Source: an uncultured Peptococcaceae bacterium
Lineage (GTDB): Bacteria > Bacillota > Dehalobacteriia > UBA4068 > UBA4997
DNA: 64,000 nt
Reading direction: 5' to 3'
NCBI GenBank assembly: GCA_947625705.1
Contig: CANQPG010000002.1
Location: 13,119-77,118, forward strand
This document shows, piece after piece, positions 39,857 through 48,883 of the stretch. The notes under the pieces were generated by a model. That model worked only from the letters and a program-made list of their open reading frames with translations, was not told where the DNA came from and made no database searches. Each line of letters begins with the position of its first letter. Position 1 is the stretch's first letter. A program made the translations under genes and the position numbers.

Positions 39857-39885
39857 GCCCTGCCGCATGGCAGGGCTTTTATTTT
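39857..39885. terminator. bidirectional rho-independent terminator
   Basis: GCCCTGCC-gcat-GGCAGGGC + TTTTATTTT. Confidence 0.8.
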
Positions 39886-39888
39886 ATC

Positions 39889-40188
39889 TTATTTGCTGCG
39901 CCGCCGCTTCGGGTTGGCCGGGAACCAGCCCCGCTGCACCCGCTGCTCCTGCTCAAAAAGCTCCTTGATGCTCCAAAAGCAGGAGAACGCCACCAGCGCG
40001 GCCACCGTACCCCAAAAGGCGGAGGGAAGCAGCAGCGCCACCACCAGAAACCCCGCGCCCAAGAGGGCAAAAACCGGCCAAATGCGCTTGCCGAAGTAAT
40101 ATTCCCCCTTGATGACCAGCGGGTGGAACAGACCGATGATCAGAAAGCTGACCGCGCCCAGCGCCAACGCCTGCCAATTCAGCGCCAT
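39889..40188 (-). CDS. small membrane protein (DUF4491-like)
   Basis: 99 aa, 3 TM, basic tail. Confidence 0.5.
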   Translation of the reverse strand: MALNWQALALGAVSFLIIGLFHPLVIKGEYYFGKRIWPVFALLGAGFLVVALLLPSAFWGTVAALVAFSCFWSIKELFEQEQRVQRGWFPANPKRRRSK

Positions 40189-41360
40189 TATTTGCCACCC
40201 CCCGCCGTCAGGCTGTTAACGAACTGCCGCGCCGTGCGCCCGCTGCACCCATTCTGCCACAGCGCCCATTGCAGCGCCCGCTCCCGCAGCTCCGCCGGGG
40301 GCAGCGTCACGCCGTCCGCCGCCGCCAGGGCAGCCACAATGCGCAGATATTCCTCCTGGTTCGGCGTGGTGAACAGCACCGTCTGGCCGAAACGGTCAGC
40401 CAGCGAGAGCTTCTCGCTCATGCTGTCGGCGGCGCGCACCTCGCCGTTCTCATGCCGCACGCCCTCCCGATCCTGCCAGTTCTCCACGATCAAATGCCGC
40501 CGGTTCGATGTGGCATAGATCAGCACATTCCCGCCCAAGGCCGCCACGCTTCCCTCCAGCACCGCCTTGGTCAGCTTATAATCCCGGTCGGCTTTCTCAA
40601 ATGAAAGGTCGTCGATGTAAATGATGTAATGGCGCGGCTGGCGGCTAAGCTCCGCCTGCAAATGCGGCAGGTCGGCAATACGGTCCAGCGGCAGCTCCAC
40701 CAGGCAAAGTCCCGCCGCCGCCAGCTCGTTGGCCACCGCCTTGATCAGCGACGATTTCCCGGTGCCGCGCGCCCCGTAAAGCAGCAGGTTGTTGCCCCGC
40801 CCCGTGCGCACAAACAGCCGCGTGTTCTGCATCACCTCGTCCTTTTGGCTCTGATACCCGATCAAATCGTCGAGGCGTATCGCGTCAAAATCATGCACGG
40901 GGACAAGCCGCCCCTCCCAGCGCCAGACGCGGTGCAGCGCCAGCTCGCCAAAGCCATTGTGCCGGTAAAATTCCGCCAGCTTCTCGGCAACTCGCTCCGC
41001 CCGCTCCGTCGCCCAGGCCGCCAGGTTATCGGGCAGCCAGTCCGGCTCCTCCGCGTCCGCCAGCCATTCCGGCCGGGGGCACGCCAAAAGCCAGCCTTGC
41101 AGCGCGGCGATCTCCGCCGCCGCCTGCGCCAGCAAGGACGCGGCCAGGTGTTCCCCCGCCGCCGCCCGCAGCGCAAACAGGCTCGGCTCCTTTAACAGCA
41201 GCGAAAGTACATAATTTTCCGCCGGGCGCCAGCCCAGCCCGCCCTCGCAAAGCCGGCGGCACAGCGCCCGCGTGGCCGCGTCATCATCGTGCCCCGCCAG
41301 CGCGCCCACAAAATCGTCCGCCAACAAACCGGCAAACAACAGCAGCTTTTGCTCCTCCAT
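40188..41360 (-). CDS. DUF815-family ATP-binding protein (AAA-like ATPase)
   Basis: Walker A LLYGARGTGKSS; likely start MEEQKLL (ORF track extends to 41423). Confidence 0.65.
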   Translation of the reverse strand: MEEQKLLLFAGLLADDFVGALAGHDDDAATRALCRRLCEGGLGWRPAENYVLSLLLKEPSLFALRAAAGEHLAASLLAQAAAEIAALQGWLLACPRPEWLADAEEPDWLPDNLAAWATERAERVAEKLAEFYRHNGFGELALHRVWRWEGRLVPVHDFDAIRLDDLIGYQSQKDEVMQNTRLFVRTGRGNNLLLYGARGTGKSSLIKAVANELAAAGLCLVELPLDRIADLPHLQAELSRQPRHYIIYIDDLSFEKADRDYKLTKAVLEGSVAALGGNVLIYATSNRRHLIVENWQDREGVRHENGEVRAADSMSEKLSLADRFGQTVLFTTPNQEEYLRIVAALAAADGVTLPPAELRERALQWALWQNGCSGRTARQFVNSLTAGGGK

Positions 41361-41473
41361 GACATAACCTCCCACCGCGGCACGGCAAATCTTGCCGCCC
41401 GGGCAGGAAAATACGCTGCCCACCGCGAATTTAATAATTTTATAGAGTTTTTGCGCGAATTTTTACTTAACTG

Positions 41474-42178
41474 GTGCCAAACATGAATTTATTTCACCCG
41501 GACAAGTATAGTATTGATTATAGCAAACCTGCCCCCGCTCTGGCAAGCGGTGCGGGCGATTTTTTGCTGCGCGTCTCCTCGCTGGAGCGCGCCCGCCGCA
41601 ATCTGGCGCGTGAAGCCGAGCGCAAGACCGCGCCCGCCGCGCCCCCGCCGCAGCCTTTGCCCCGGCCGGAGCCGCCGCAAAATGACACGGAACCGCCAAG
41701 GCAGCGCCGCACCGCCAAAAAAAGCGACAAGCCCAAGCGCCCGCCGGTCATCATTGCCAGCGTAACCGGCCTCTTGGTCTCCGCCGTCATTCTGCTGGCC
41801 GCCACCGGGCTATATGGCGCGTATTGCTTTTCGCGCGGGCTCCCCGGCGACGTCAACGTTTACGCCAGCACCGCCATGTACTGCCTCGCCGTATTCTGCG
41901 GCAGCTTCTGGGCAGGCGCGGTGGTGAAGCGCCAAAGCCTCGTTCCGCTCTACGTCATCGGCGCCGTGTATCTGATCACCAGCGTCGCCGTCTCACTGCA
42001 TTTATTTGAGCTTTCGGAGTTCAAATTCACCATGCTGCTGTTCAAGATCGTGCTGACGGCGGGCGCCGCCCTGCTGGGCTTCGTCCTCTCGCTGATACCC
42101 TATCTGATCAACCGCGCCATCAAGCGCCGGCGGCAGAAAGAACGCGAACGCCGCCTGCGCCGCAAAGCGCAGTATTAA
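41474..42178 (+). CDS. hypothetical membrane protein with Pro-rich linker
   Basis: 234 aa; N-terminal soluble segment, PPPQPLPRPEPP linker, 4 TM, basic tail. Confidence 0.5.
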   Translation: MPNMNLFHPDKYSIDYSKPAPALASGAGDFLLRVSSLERARRNLAREAERKTAPAAPPPQPLPRPEPPQNDTEPPRQRRTAKKSDKPKRPPVIIASVTGLLVSAVILLAATGLYGAYCFSRGLPGDVNVYASTAMYCLAVFCGSFWAGAVVKRQSLVPLYVIGAVYLITSVAVSLHLFELSEFKFTMLLFKIVLTAGAALLGFVLSLIPYLINRAIKRRRQKERERRLRRKAQY

Positions 42179-42186
42179 AAAATCAC

Positions 42187-42218
42187 CGGGCACTCCCCTG
42201 CGGGAACGCCCGGTTTTT
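42187..42218. terminator. bidirectional terminator
   Basis: CCGGGC..TCCC-ctgc-GGGA..GCCCGG + TTTTT. Confidence 0.55.
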
Positions 42219-42240
42219 GTTCGGCAAATTGCCGCCGCGC

Positions 42241-42744
42241 TTAGTCCTCACGGCAGTAAGCAGCGCGGATCTTCGCCACATAAACGGTGTGGAAGTCCTT
42301 CTTCGGATACCACTTCTCCACCAAATCCTGCGGCATTTTCTCCGGCTTGATCTCATCGGTGTAGAGAGTGTCCAGCAGCAGCACCAGCCGTGCTTCCTCA
42401 AACGCCGGGATACCGTCCAGCATGGTCAAATGCAGCCCCGCCTCGCTGATCTTATCCCGCTCACGCCCGGAAACGCTGCCCAAAAGCCCCATCTCCTGCT
42501 TGTAGCCGTCAAAAAAGCTCAAGGAGAAGCAGCCCTCGGCGTCCATAAACTCCTTGGTGTAGCGCTGCGGACGGATAAACACAAACGCCACGTCCTCGCC
42601 CCAAAGCACGCCCAGACCGCCCCAGCTGGCCGTCATGGTGTTGGCTTTGGCGGCGTCGCCCGCCGTCACCAGCATCCAGTCCTCGCCGATCGCCCCAAAC
42701 GGGTTCAGACTCAGATCCGTCAGTTTCACCTTTTGAAATGCCAT
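42241..42744 (-). CDS. flavin reductase-like domain protein
   Basis: 167 aa; FMN-binding split-barrel fold. Confidence 0.65.
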   Translation of the reverse strand: MAFQKVKLTDLSLNPFGAIGEDWMLVTAGDAAKANTMTASWGGLGVLWGEDVAFVFIRPQRYTKEFMDAEGCFSLSFFDGYKQEMGLLGSVSGRERDKISEAGLHLTMLDGIPAFEEARLVLLLDTLYTDEIKPEKMPQDLVEKWYPKKDFHTVYVAKIRAAYCRED

Positions 42745-42792
42745 AAAATCAACCTCCCTTTTCCTATGTAGAATATGCCAAACGCCCCGCCG

Positions 42793-43545
42793 TTAGTCGG
42801 CCTGCGTCAAAATGATGGGGCGCTTTTTCGTCACCACGATGGTGTGCTCAAACTGCGCGGCGCGGGTGCCGTGCGGCGTGTAAAGCGTCCAGCCGTCGCG
42901 CTTGCTTTGCAGCACCATGTTCTCCTGCTCGCTGATGAACGGCTCGATCGCGATGACCAGCCCCTCGGTCAGCCGCCGCTTGTCGCGCGGGTCGTAATAA
43001 TTGTCGATCATCTCCGGCTCGTCGTGCAGCGTGTGCCCCACGCCGTGGCCGCAAAGATTGCGGATCAGCTTCAGGCCGTGGCGGTGCGCCGTGTTCTCAA
43101 TGGCGCGCCCGATGTGGTTCAGCGGCCAATCCGCCACCGCCGCCGTTATCGCGTTGGCCAGCGCCTCTTTGGAAGCTTTCAGCAGCCGCTGCCCCATACG
43201 GTCGCCGCCGCCCACCAGCATGGTCGCCCCGTTGTCGCCGAAATAACCGTCCAGCTCGGCCGAAACGTCAATATTCACCATGTCGCCCGGCTTGATGATG
43301 CGGTCGCCGGGAATACCGTGCGCGATCTCGTTGTTGATGCTGATACACGTGTAGCCCGGGAAGTCATAAACCGCCATCGGCGCGGAGGTCGCCCCGTACC
43401 TGGCAAGGATCTTGCCGCCCATTTCGTCCAGCTCTTTGGTGGTCATGCCCGCCCGCACCGCAGCCAGCATTTCTTGCAGCGTCAGCGCGCAGATACGGCC
43501 AATTTTTTGCAGCTTTGCCAAATCTTCGTCCGTCTGGATTATCAT
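42793..43545 (-). CDS. map: type I methionine aminopeptidase
   Basis: Metal ligands (D..D, HGVGH, E..E) conserved. Confidence 0.92.
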   Translation of the reverse strand: MIIQTDEDLAKLQKIGRICALTLQEMLAAVRAGMTTKELDEMGGKILARYGATSAPMAVYDFPGYTCISINNEIAHGIPGDRIIKPGDMVNIDVSAELDGYFGDNGATMLVGGGDRMGQRLLKASKEALANAITAAVADWPLNHIGRAIENTAHRHGLKLIRNLCGHGVGHTLHDEPEMIDNYYDPRDKRRLTEGLVIAIEPFISEQENMVLQSKRDGWTLYTPHGTRAAQFEHTIVVTKKRPIILTQAD

Positions 43546-43555
43546 CGCCCTCGCC

Positions 43556-44731
43556 TCATTTCAAGCCATTCACAAAGCGCTCAATGCCGTCGCAGGCCGC
43601 GGCAATATTTTCCATCGAGGTGGCATAAGAGCAGCGGATAAAGCCCTCGCCGCTCTCCCCAAACGCCGACCCGGGAATACACGCGACTTTCTCCTGCCGC
43701 AAAAGCTGCTCGCAGAAATCACCGGAGGATAAGCCCGTGCCGGAGATCTGCGGGAAAGCGTAAAACGCGCCGCCCGGCTCGCACATAGGAAGCCCGATCT
43801 CGGCAAACCGCTTGATGATGAAGCGCCGCCGTTTGTCATATTCCGCTACCATGCGCTCAACCTCAGCGTGCCCGCGGGTGACGCCCTCCAGCGCCACATA
43901 TTGCCCCGTGGTGCTGGCACAGGAAAGCGAGAACTGGTGTATCTTGTAAATGCCGGATAACAGCTCCGGATTGGCGCAGACATAGCCGATACGCCAGCCG
44001 GTCATCGCCAGCGACTTGGAGAAGCCTGAGATCAGCACCGTCAGATCCTGCATACCGGGCGCGGCGGCAATCGAAGCATGCCTGCGCCCGTCATAAAGCA
44101 GCTCGGCGTAGATCTCGTCGGAAATAGCCAGCACCCCGTGCTTGATCAGCGGCGCGGCCAGCGCGTCCAGCTCCGCCTGCGTCATCACCACGCCGGTGGG
44201 GTTGCAGGGGAAATTCAGCACCACGGCCTTGGTTTTCGGCGTGATGGCGGCCTCCAAACGCTCCGGGGTCAGCTTGAAGCCCTCCTCCATGCTGAGCGGC
44301 AGGTGTATCGCCTTGCCGCCTGCCAGCTCCACGCAGGGCGCATAGGAAACAAACGCCGGCTCGGGAATGATCACCTCGTCCCCCGGCTCCATGATGGCGC
44401 GGAACGTGGCGTCGATCGCCTCGGAACCGCCCACCGTGACGACGATCTGGTTCTTCGGGTTATATGCCACGCCGATCAGATCGGCCAGATAAGCGGAAAT
44501 TGCCTGCCGCAGCTCCAAAATACCGGGGTTCGGCGAATAACCCGTCTTCCCCTCCAGCATACTGCAATAGCCCGCGTCACAAAACTGCTTGGGCGTGGCA
44601 AAATCCGGCTCGCCGATACCGAGCGACACCACGCCGGGGATCGTCGCCGCCAAATCAAAAAACTTACGAATCACCGACGGCTGAATGGCCGCCACCTGAT
44701 GATTCAGATACTTCTGCATATCCATACAATC
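43556..44731 (-). CDS. pyridoxal-phosphate-dependent aminotransferase, class I/II
   Basis: PLP lysine motif SGFSKSLAMTGWRIGY, N..P..Y region; probable start MDMQKYL. Confidence 0.85.
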   Translation of the reverse strand, partial: DCMDMQKYLNHQVAAIQPSVIRKFFDLAATIPGVVSLGIGEPDFATPKQFCDAGYCSMLEGKTGYSPNPGILELRQAISAYLADLIGVAYNPKNQIVVTVGGSEAIDATFRAIMEPGDEVIIPEPAFVSYAPCVELAGGKAIHLPLSMEEGFKLTPERLEAAITPKTKAVVLNFPCNPTGVVMTQAELDALAAPLIKHGVLAISDEIYAELLYDGRRHASIAAAPGMQDLTVLISGFSKSLAMTGWRIGYVCANPELLSGIYKIHQFSLSCASTTGQYVALEGVTRGHAEVERMVAEYDKRRRFIIKRFAEIGLPMCEPGGAFYAFPQISGTGLSSGDFCEQLLRQEKVACIPGSAFGESGEGFIRCSYATSMENIAAACDGIERFVNGLK

Positions 44732-44823
44732 AACCTCCTGCCAAAACTTTCCGGCCGCTGCAACAGCGCCTTGTTTTATTATAAACCTTTTAGCAGAATT
44801 TAACAAGACCGGCGCGCGAAGAT

Positions 44824-44852
44824 TGACAAGCCGCGCCGTTTTGCATATAATG
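44824..44852 (+). promoter_or_regulatory. consensus sigma-A promoter TTGACA-17-TATAAT driving the tRNA-Pro locus
   Basis: Perfect hexamers with 17-nt spacer about 12 nt upstream of the tRNA fragment. Confidence 0.7.
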
Positions 44853-44863
44853 TTTATTGTGCT

Positions 44864-44903
44864 GCGGGATGTAGCGCAGTTTGGTAGCGCATCTGGTTTG
44901 GGA
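44864..44903 (+). pseudogene. 5' half of a tRNA-Pro(TGG) gene truncated in the anticodon loop
   Basis: GCGGGAT-GT-AGCG-CAGTTTGGTA-GCGC-A-TCTGG-TTTGGGA parses as acceptor 5', D-arm, anticodon 5' stem and loop with anticodon TGG, then non-tRNA sequence. Confidence 0.7.
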
Positions 44904-45052
44904 GAGCTCCTCGTCTATCCTTTTCCGCATATCACAACGCGCCAAAGCGCCGAGAACGGCGGTACAAGCTGTATTGCGTTGTTTGCAAAAACGCAGGTAA
45001 GACCACAGCAACTCCCACAGAGAGAAATTCCCGCAGCAACACAATTTAATAT

Positions 45053-45128
45053 CCGGGTGTAGCCCAGTTGGTAGGGTGCCTGCCTTGGGAGCAGGAGGTC
45101 GCGCGTTCGAGTCGCGCCACTCGGACCA
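45053..45128 (+). tRNA. tRNA-Pro (anticodon TGG)
   Basis: Manual cloverleaf: CCGGGTG/CACTCGG acceptor, GCCC/GGGT D-stem, CCTGC-CTTGGGA-GCAGG anticodon arm, GCGCG-TTCGAGT-CGCGC T-arm, discriminator A, encoded CCA. Confidence 0.85.
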
Positions 45129-45137
45129 AACTTGAAA

Positions 45138-45167
45138 GACCGTCGACTTTTGTCGGCGGTCTTTTCT
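45138..45167 (+). terminator. rho-independent terminator after tRNA-Pro
   Basis: GACCGTCGAC-tttt-GTCGGCGGTC + TTTTCT. Confidence 0.75.
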
Positions 45168-45248
45168 ATGTTTATATTCGCTCTTGCCGGCTTTTAGTTG
45201 AAAATTTAGTCGAAACACATTATAATATATTCAAAGGAGGCATATTCA

Positions 45249-46144
45249 TGTCAATTATTCCGCATTTTTTTATGGAAGCAACCGTTGCGCTTGGACGAAA
45301 CACAACATCCACTCCACAGTGGTGCGCTACAGGCTTTGTAGTTGGACGCTATGAGGGAGTATTAGATGGAATTGATAGGTTTAGCACATACCTCATAACA
45401 AATAAACATGTTGTTGAAAATGAAGAAAAAATGGTAATGCAAGTGAATCTGGTCAATGGCGTTAAGGAATATTTGATTAACCTATTTGATGAACATGGCA
45501 GCCCCCAATACAGTATTCATCAAAGTGCAGATGTGATAGCATGCCATATTAATATTAACCAAGCACTATCAGAGGGGGCACAACTACCATTCTTTGATTT
45601 AAGACAGCATTCCCTTACATTACAGCAGATGCGCGACACTGGCGTATGTGAAGGCGGATTGGCATATACACTTGGATTTCCCGTGAGTATAGCCAGCGAC
45701 TTTGTCAATACTACTGTTAAGTCTCCTATATGCAGAATGGGCTGTATTTCAAGAGTGGAAAATGTATACCATGATTCAAGTACTAAATACTTTTTAATTG
45801 ATGCGCCTACATTTCCAGGAAACTCCGGCGGGCCTGTTATCAGTCGTCCAGAGAACCTGTCTATTACGAACACACCGTACAATGCATCTGCCAATCTAAT
45901 AGGGCTTGTAAGTGCATACTTGCCCTATAGAGAGATACTATCCAGTACACAAACGCATCAACAGAGAATGATAAATGAAGAAAACAGTGGGCTTACTGTT
46001 GTCGTATCTGTAGATTGTATTAAAGAAATCGTGGAAATTGAACGGGCACGTGTGTATGGAACTCTACCAGATGATAGTATTTTTGACGCTGAACCACAGC
46101 AATCCACGGAATCTCCAGTTGAAATTCCTGCTTGCGTTGAATGA
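45249..46144 (+). CDS. cytoplasmic trypsin-like (S1 / chymotrypsin fold) serine protease
   Basis: ATG 45249 with [11 protein letters not shown]; no signal peptide; His in TNKHVV, Ser in GNSGGPV (GDSGGP-like); about 40% GC. Confidence 0.75.
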
Positions 46145-46492
46145 TTATCTATCTCAGAATTAGTGAACCTCGGTATAGTGTGGATTATCTAAAGCCTAAT
46201 GTTGATAGAATCGTTTGATTGGATTGCGAGAATAACGATCCACTAGAGTATCGGCGGATCATATCTGCTTATGAAAAGAATCACAAAAGCCATAAGCGGC
46301 AAAACTTATACTAAAATGCTGCCTATAGTTTCTATAGAACAACATTATAATATTGAGCATAAAATTTCAGTGTAAATACTGCTTGATGACTGCCCGCAAA
46401 CTCTTGATATTTCTGCGTTTCTTCAATTCCTATAATTTCACTCCGACCATGGGTGAGTCCTTACAGAACTCACCTTTCTTTTTATCAAAAAT

Positions 46493-47344
46493 TTGATATA
46501 TAAAAGACTATTAGAGTGGTTAAAGAAGGTGGTAGTTTTGAGAACAAGGGATCGATTCATAGAAAATATTAATGAAAACGAAGAAAATCTATTAACTCAA
46601 AGGATTAATCATATTAGAAAACAAATCAAAAAGTTATACAAGCATTTGCATAACACGTGTGCAATTATCGAGCCTTGTGAATTTATGCTAATATGGGGAA
46701 CATTACAACGGTGCCTTATTTGTATTGAAAGTTGTGTATCACTCGTTTCAAACGGATATATTGGATCAGCTAATGCATTACTTAGACAAATCTATGAGTT
46801 TCTAGTCTGGGCAAAATCTGGTATTGATTCCGATAATGCCACGTTAGAGAAATTGAATGCTTCATTCTATAAAGATAACCTCTCTCATAGGATTTCAGCA
46901 ACAGATATACTTAAAGCAATTAAAATAGATACTGATGAAGATTCTTGTTGCGAAACCGAATTAAAAACAAACGGGAAACAAATGTATCACAATTATTCTC
47001 TTTTAACCCATGCTAGCAATATCTCCCAACAAACACCATATAAACAAGAAAATTTCTATATTCTTTTGAATTCCTGCTTAAATGAAATATGCTTACTCTT
47101 TGATGTGTTTCTAATTGTCTTTTCACAATATCTCGACGTATTAGATAACCCATTCCTTGACAAAAACAATCTTTCCGAAAAAGAACAAGGATATTTATGG
47201 GTGGCAAGAGTTCATGCAGGAGAGATAAAATATCAATTACCACTATATCGCAGAGAGATGAGCTTAAAACAAAATGTTTGTGGAACATTTCTCCAAAGTT
47301 CATTTATAAAAAAGTGGCATCTCGATAAAGATAAATTACATTAA
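46493..47344 (+). CDS. hypothetical protein (about 270-283 aa), island-encoded partner of the serine protease
   Basis: AT-rich ORF, no recognisable domain; alternative TTG start at 46540 after AAGAAGGTGG; terminator at 47449-47485. Confidence 0.5.
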   Translation: MIYKRLLEWLKKVVVLRTRDRFIENINENEENLLTQRINHIRKQIKKLYKHLHNTCAIIEPCEFMLIWGTLQRCLICIESCVSLVSNGYIGSANALLRQIYEFLVWAKSGIDSDNATLEKLNASFYKDNLSHRISATDILKAIKIDTDEDSCCETELKTNGKQMYHNYSLLTHASNISQQTPYKQENFYILLNSCLNEICLLFDVFLIVFSQYLDVLDNPFLDKNNLSEKEQGYLWVARVHAGEIKYQLPLYRREMSLKQNVCGTFLQSSFIKKWHLDKDKLH

Positions 47345-47448
47345 ATCAAAAATTGAATCTTTTGGTGAAACTTGTTATAATATTCATGAATTTATATTAG
47401 ATATGCCAATTTATCTAAACTTTACCCATAGTATATCATGATTTTGCG

Positions 47449-47485
47449 GAGTTTGAGTAATATATTTTACTCAAACTCTTTTTTT
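47449..47485 (+). terminator. rho-independent terminator
   Basis: GAGTTTGAGTA-loop-ACTCAAACTC + TTTTTTT. Confidence 0.75.
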
Positions 47486-47643
47486 GTGTTAAACACCTGC
47501 AGACTTTCTCTAAGCACTTTCAGCCTTCGTCTGCATAACGAGAGTTTTCAGCTTTTCTAATATTCATTACTTTGCTAAAATTATTATAAGCATTTACACC
47601 AATAAACAGATAAACATAACTCCCACGAGCGTTCTTTTTTTGT

Positions 47644-48690
47644 TCACAGCACCCTAATTTCTCCCCCGCCTATATTTTCTAATCTCATCTCCCTGCGTAT
47701 CGCATCATAATACCTATATACTGTTTCCCGGCTCGTATGAGTATCTCTGGCAATTTGGCTCTTATTCGTAACCTCAGGGTGCTCGCGCATATACTCGGCA
47801 ATCTGTTTCCTCTTTTCACTATTTCTGCCCGTCATAGCAGACATACTCCCCTTCAGTTTGATATCCCGAATCTCTGCTTTCATCTCCGCAATCAGTACTT
47901 TCAGCTTTTCCTCGCATTCCTCCCGCGTCTTAGTATAAACATTACGTGAGTGCTTTTTGCCGTCCGGCCACATGGGAGAATAGCGTCCCTCCCAGCGGTT
48001 TGGCCCTAGTTGGGTTATACAGCCCGTTCCCGGCCTTCTCCTACCGCCACAGTACGGTACAAAGGGTGGAAAACCGTTGCCGGATGCTTGTAGAGGGTTT
48101 GCCGTACTGGTGTTATCTTGCCGTGGCATGGCTTTGCCAATCTCCCGGTCAATGCTGGCGGCAGCAGCAGCTTGCATATCGTTGGTAATATGCGTGTAAA
48201 TATCCAGTGTAGTTGCCACCGAGGTATGCCCCAGTATCGCGGAAAGCGTTTTGACGTCCATACCGTTGGCCAAAGCGTTGCTGGCAAAGGTGTGCCGCAA
48301 ATCATGGAAGCGCACCTGCCTGCAACCAGCGTGTTCCAGAATTATATGCAGCCGCCGGTTAGCTGTTTCCGGATCAAGCGGTGAATCCTCTTTCAGCGGG
48401 GACGAAAACAGCCAGTGTGACTCCGCCGTTTCGTGGTATTCTTGCAGTATTTTTAACATCACGGGCGGCAGCTTACAGCCGATAGCAGGGTTGCTGTAGA
48501 TCAATCCCTCCTGTACAGCCTTTTCCAACGCCGTGCGGTCGCATAACCCCTCGCCATAGAATATCCGTCTTGAAATTTGCTTTCGGTGCCGCGGCGCCCT
48601 CGGTAGGATTTTGCAGCATTATGTGTGTCTGCACCGCCGCTTTCAGCGCGTTATGCAGCTGCTGTCTTGACAACAGATATATATTTCATA
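47644..48690 (-). pseudogene. scrambled tyrosine recombinase (phage integrase family) remnants
   Basis: ORF 47644-48528 begins with catalytic C-terminal motifs (HDLRHTFAS...LGHTSVATTLDIYTH), continues in frame into integrase N-terminal arm-binding-like sequence (GTGCITQLGPNRWEGRYSPMWPDGKKHSRNVYTKTREE) plus an HTH; region 48529-48690 is frame-shifted; box I Arg region missing. Confidence 0.65.
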
Positions 48691-48883
48691 ACATTGTCTC
48701 CCCACAATTATCACACTGCACTATCGGCAAAATACACATAAATTCCACCACAATAATTTGAATTTTGCCGACACTTTTCAACAAAACGCAAAACTATGGA
48801 TTATATTGCAACAAACAAAAAGTACGCAAACGTAAATTCGCTTGCGTACTTTTGTTTTTAATATCAACAATCTATTTATCTAC

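Noticed and set aside
44864-45052. Possibility that the first tRNA-Pro is intact but carries a group I intron in the anticodon loop
   Set aside because: Intervening 149 nt is far too short for a group I intron and the following sequence does not supply a matching 3' anticodon stem, T-arm or acceptor strand; the downstream tRNA is a separate complete gene
46150-46490. Small ORF (36 aa, MTARKLLIFLRFF...) and hairpin between protease and 283-aa gene
   Set aside because: No RBS and low complexity; region more likely a non-coding spacer with a weak terminator-like hairpin (GGTGAGT...ACTCACC + T-run)
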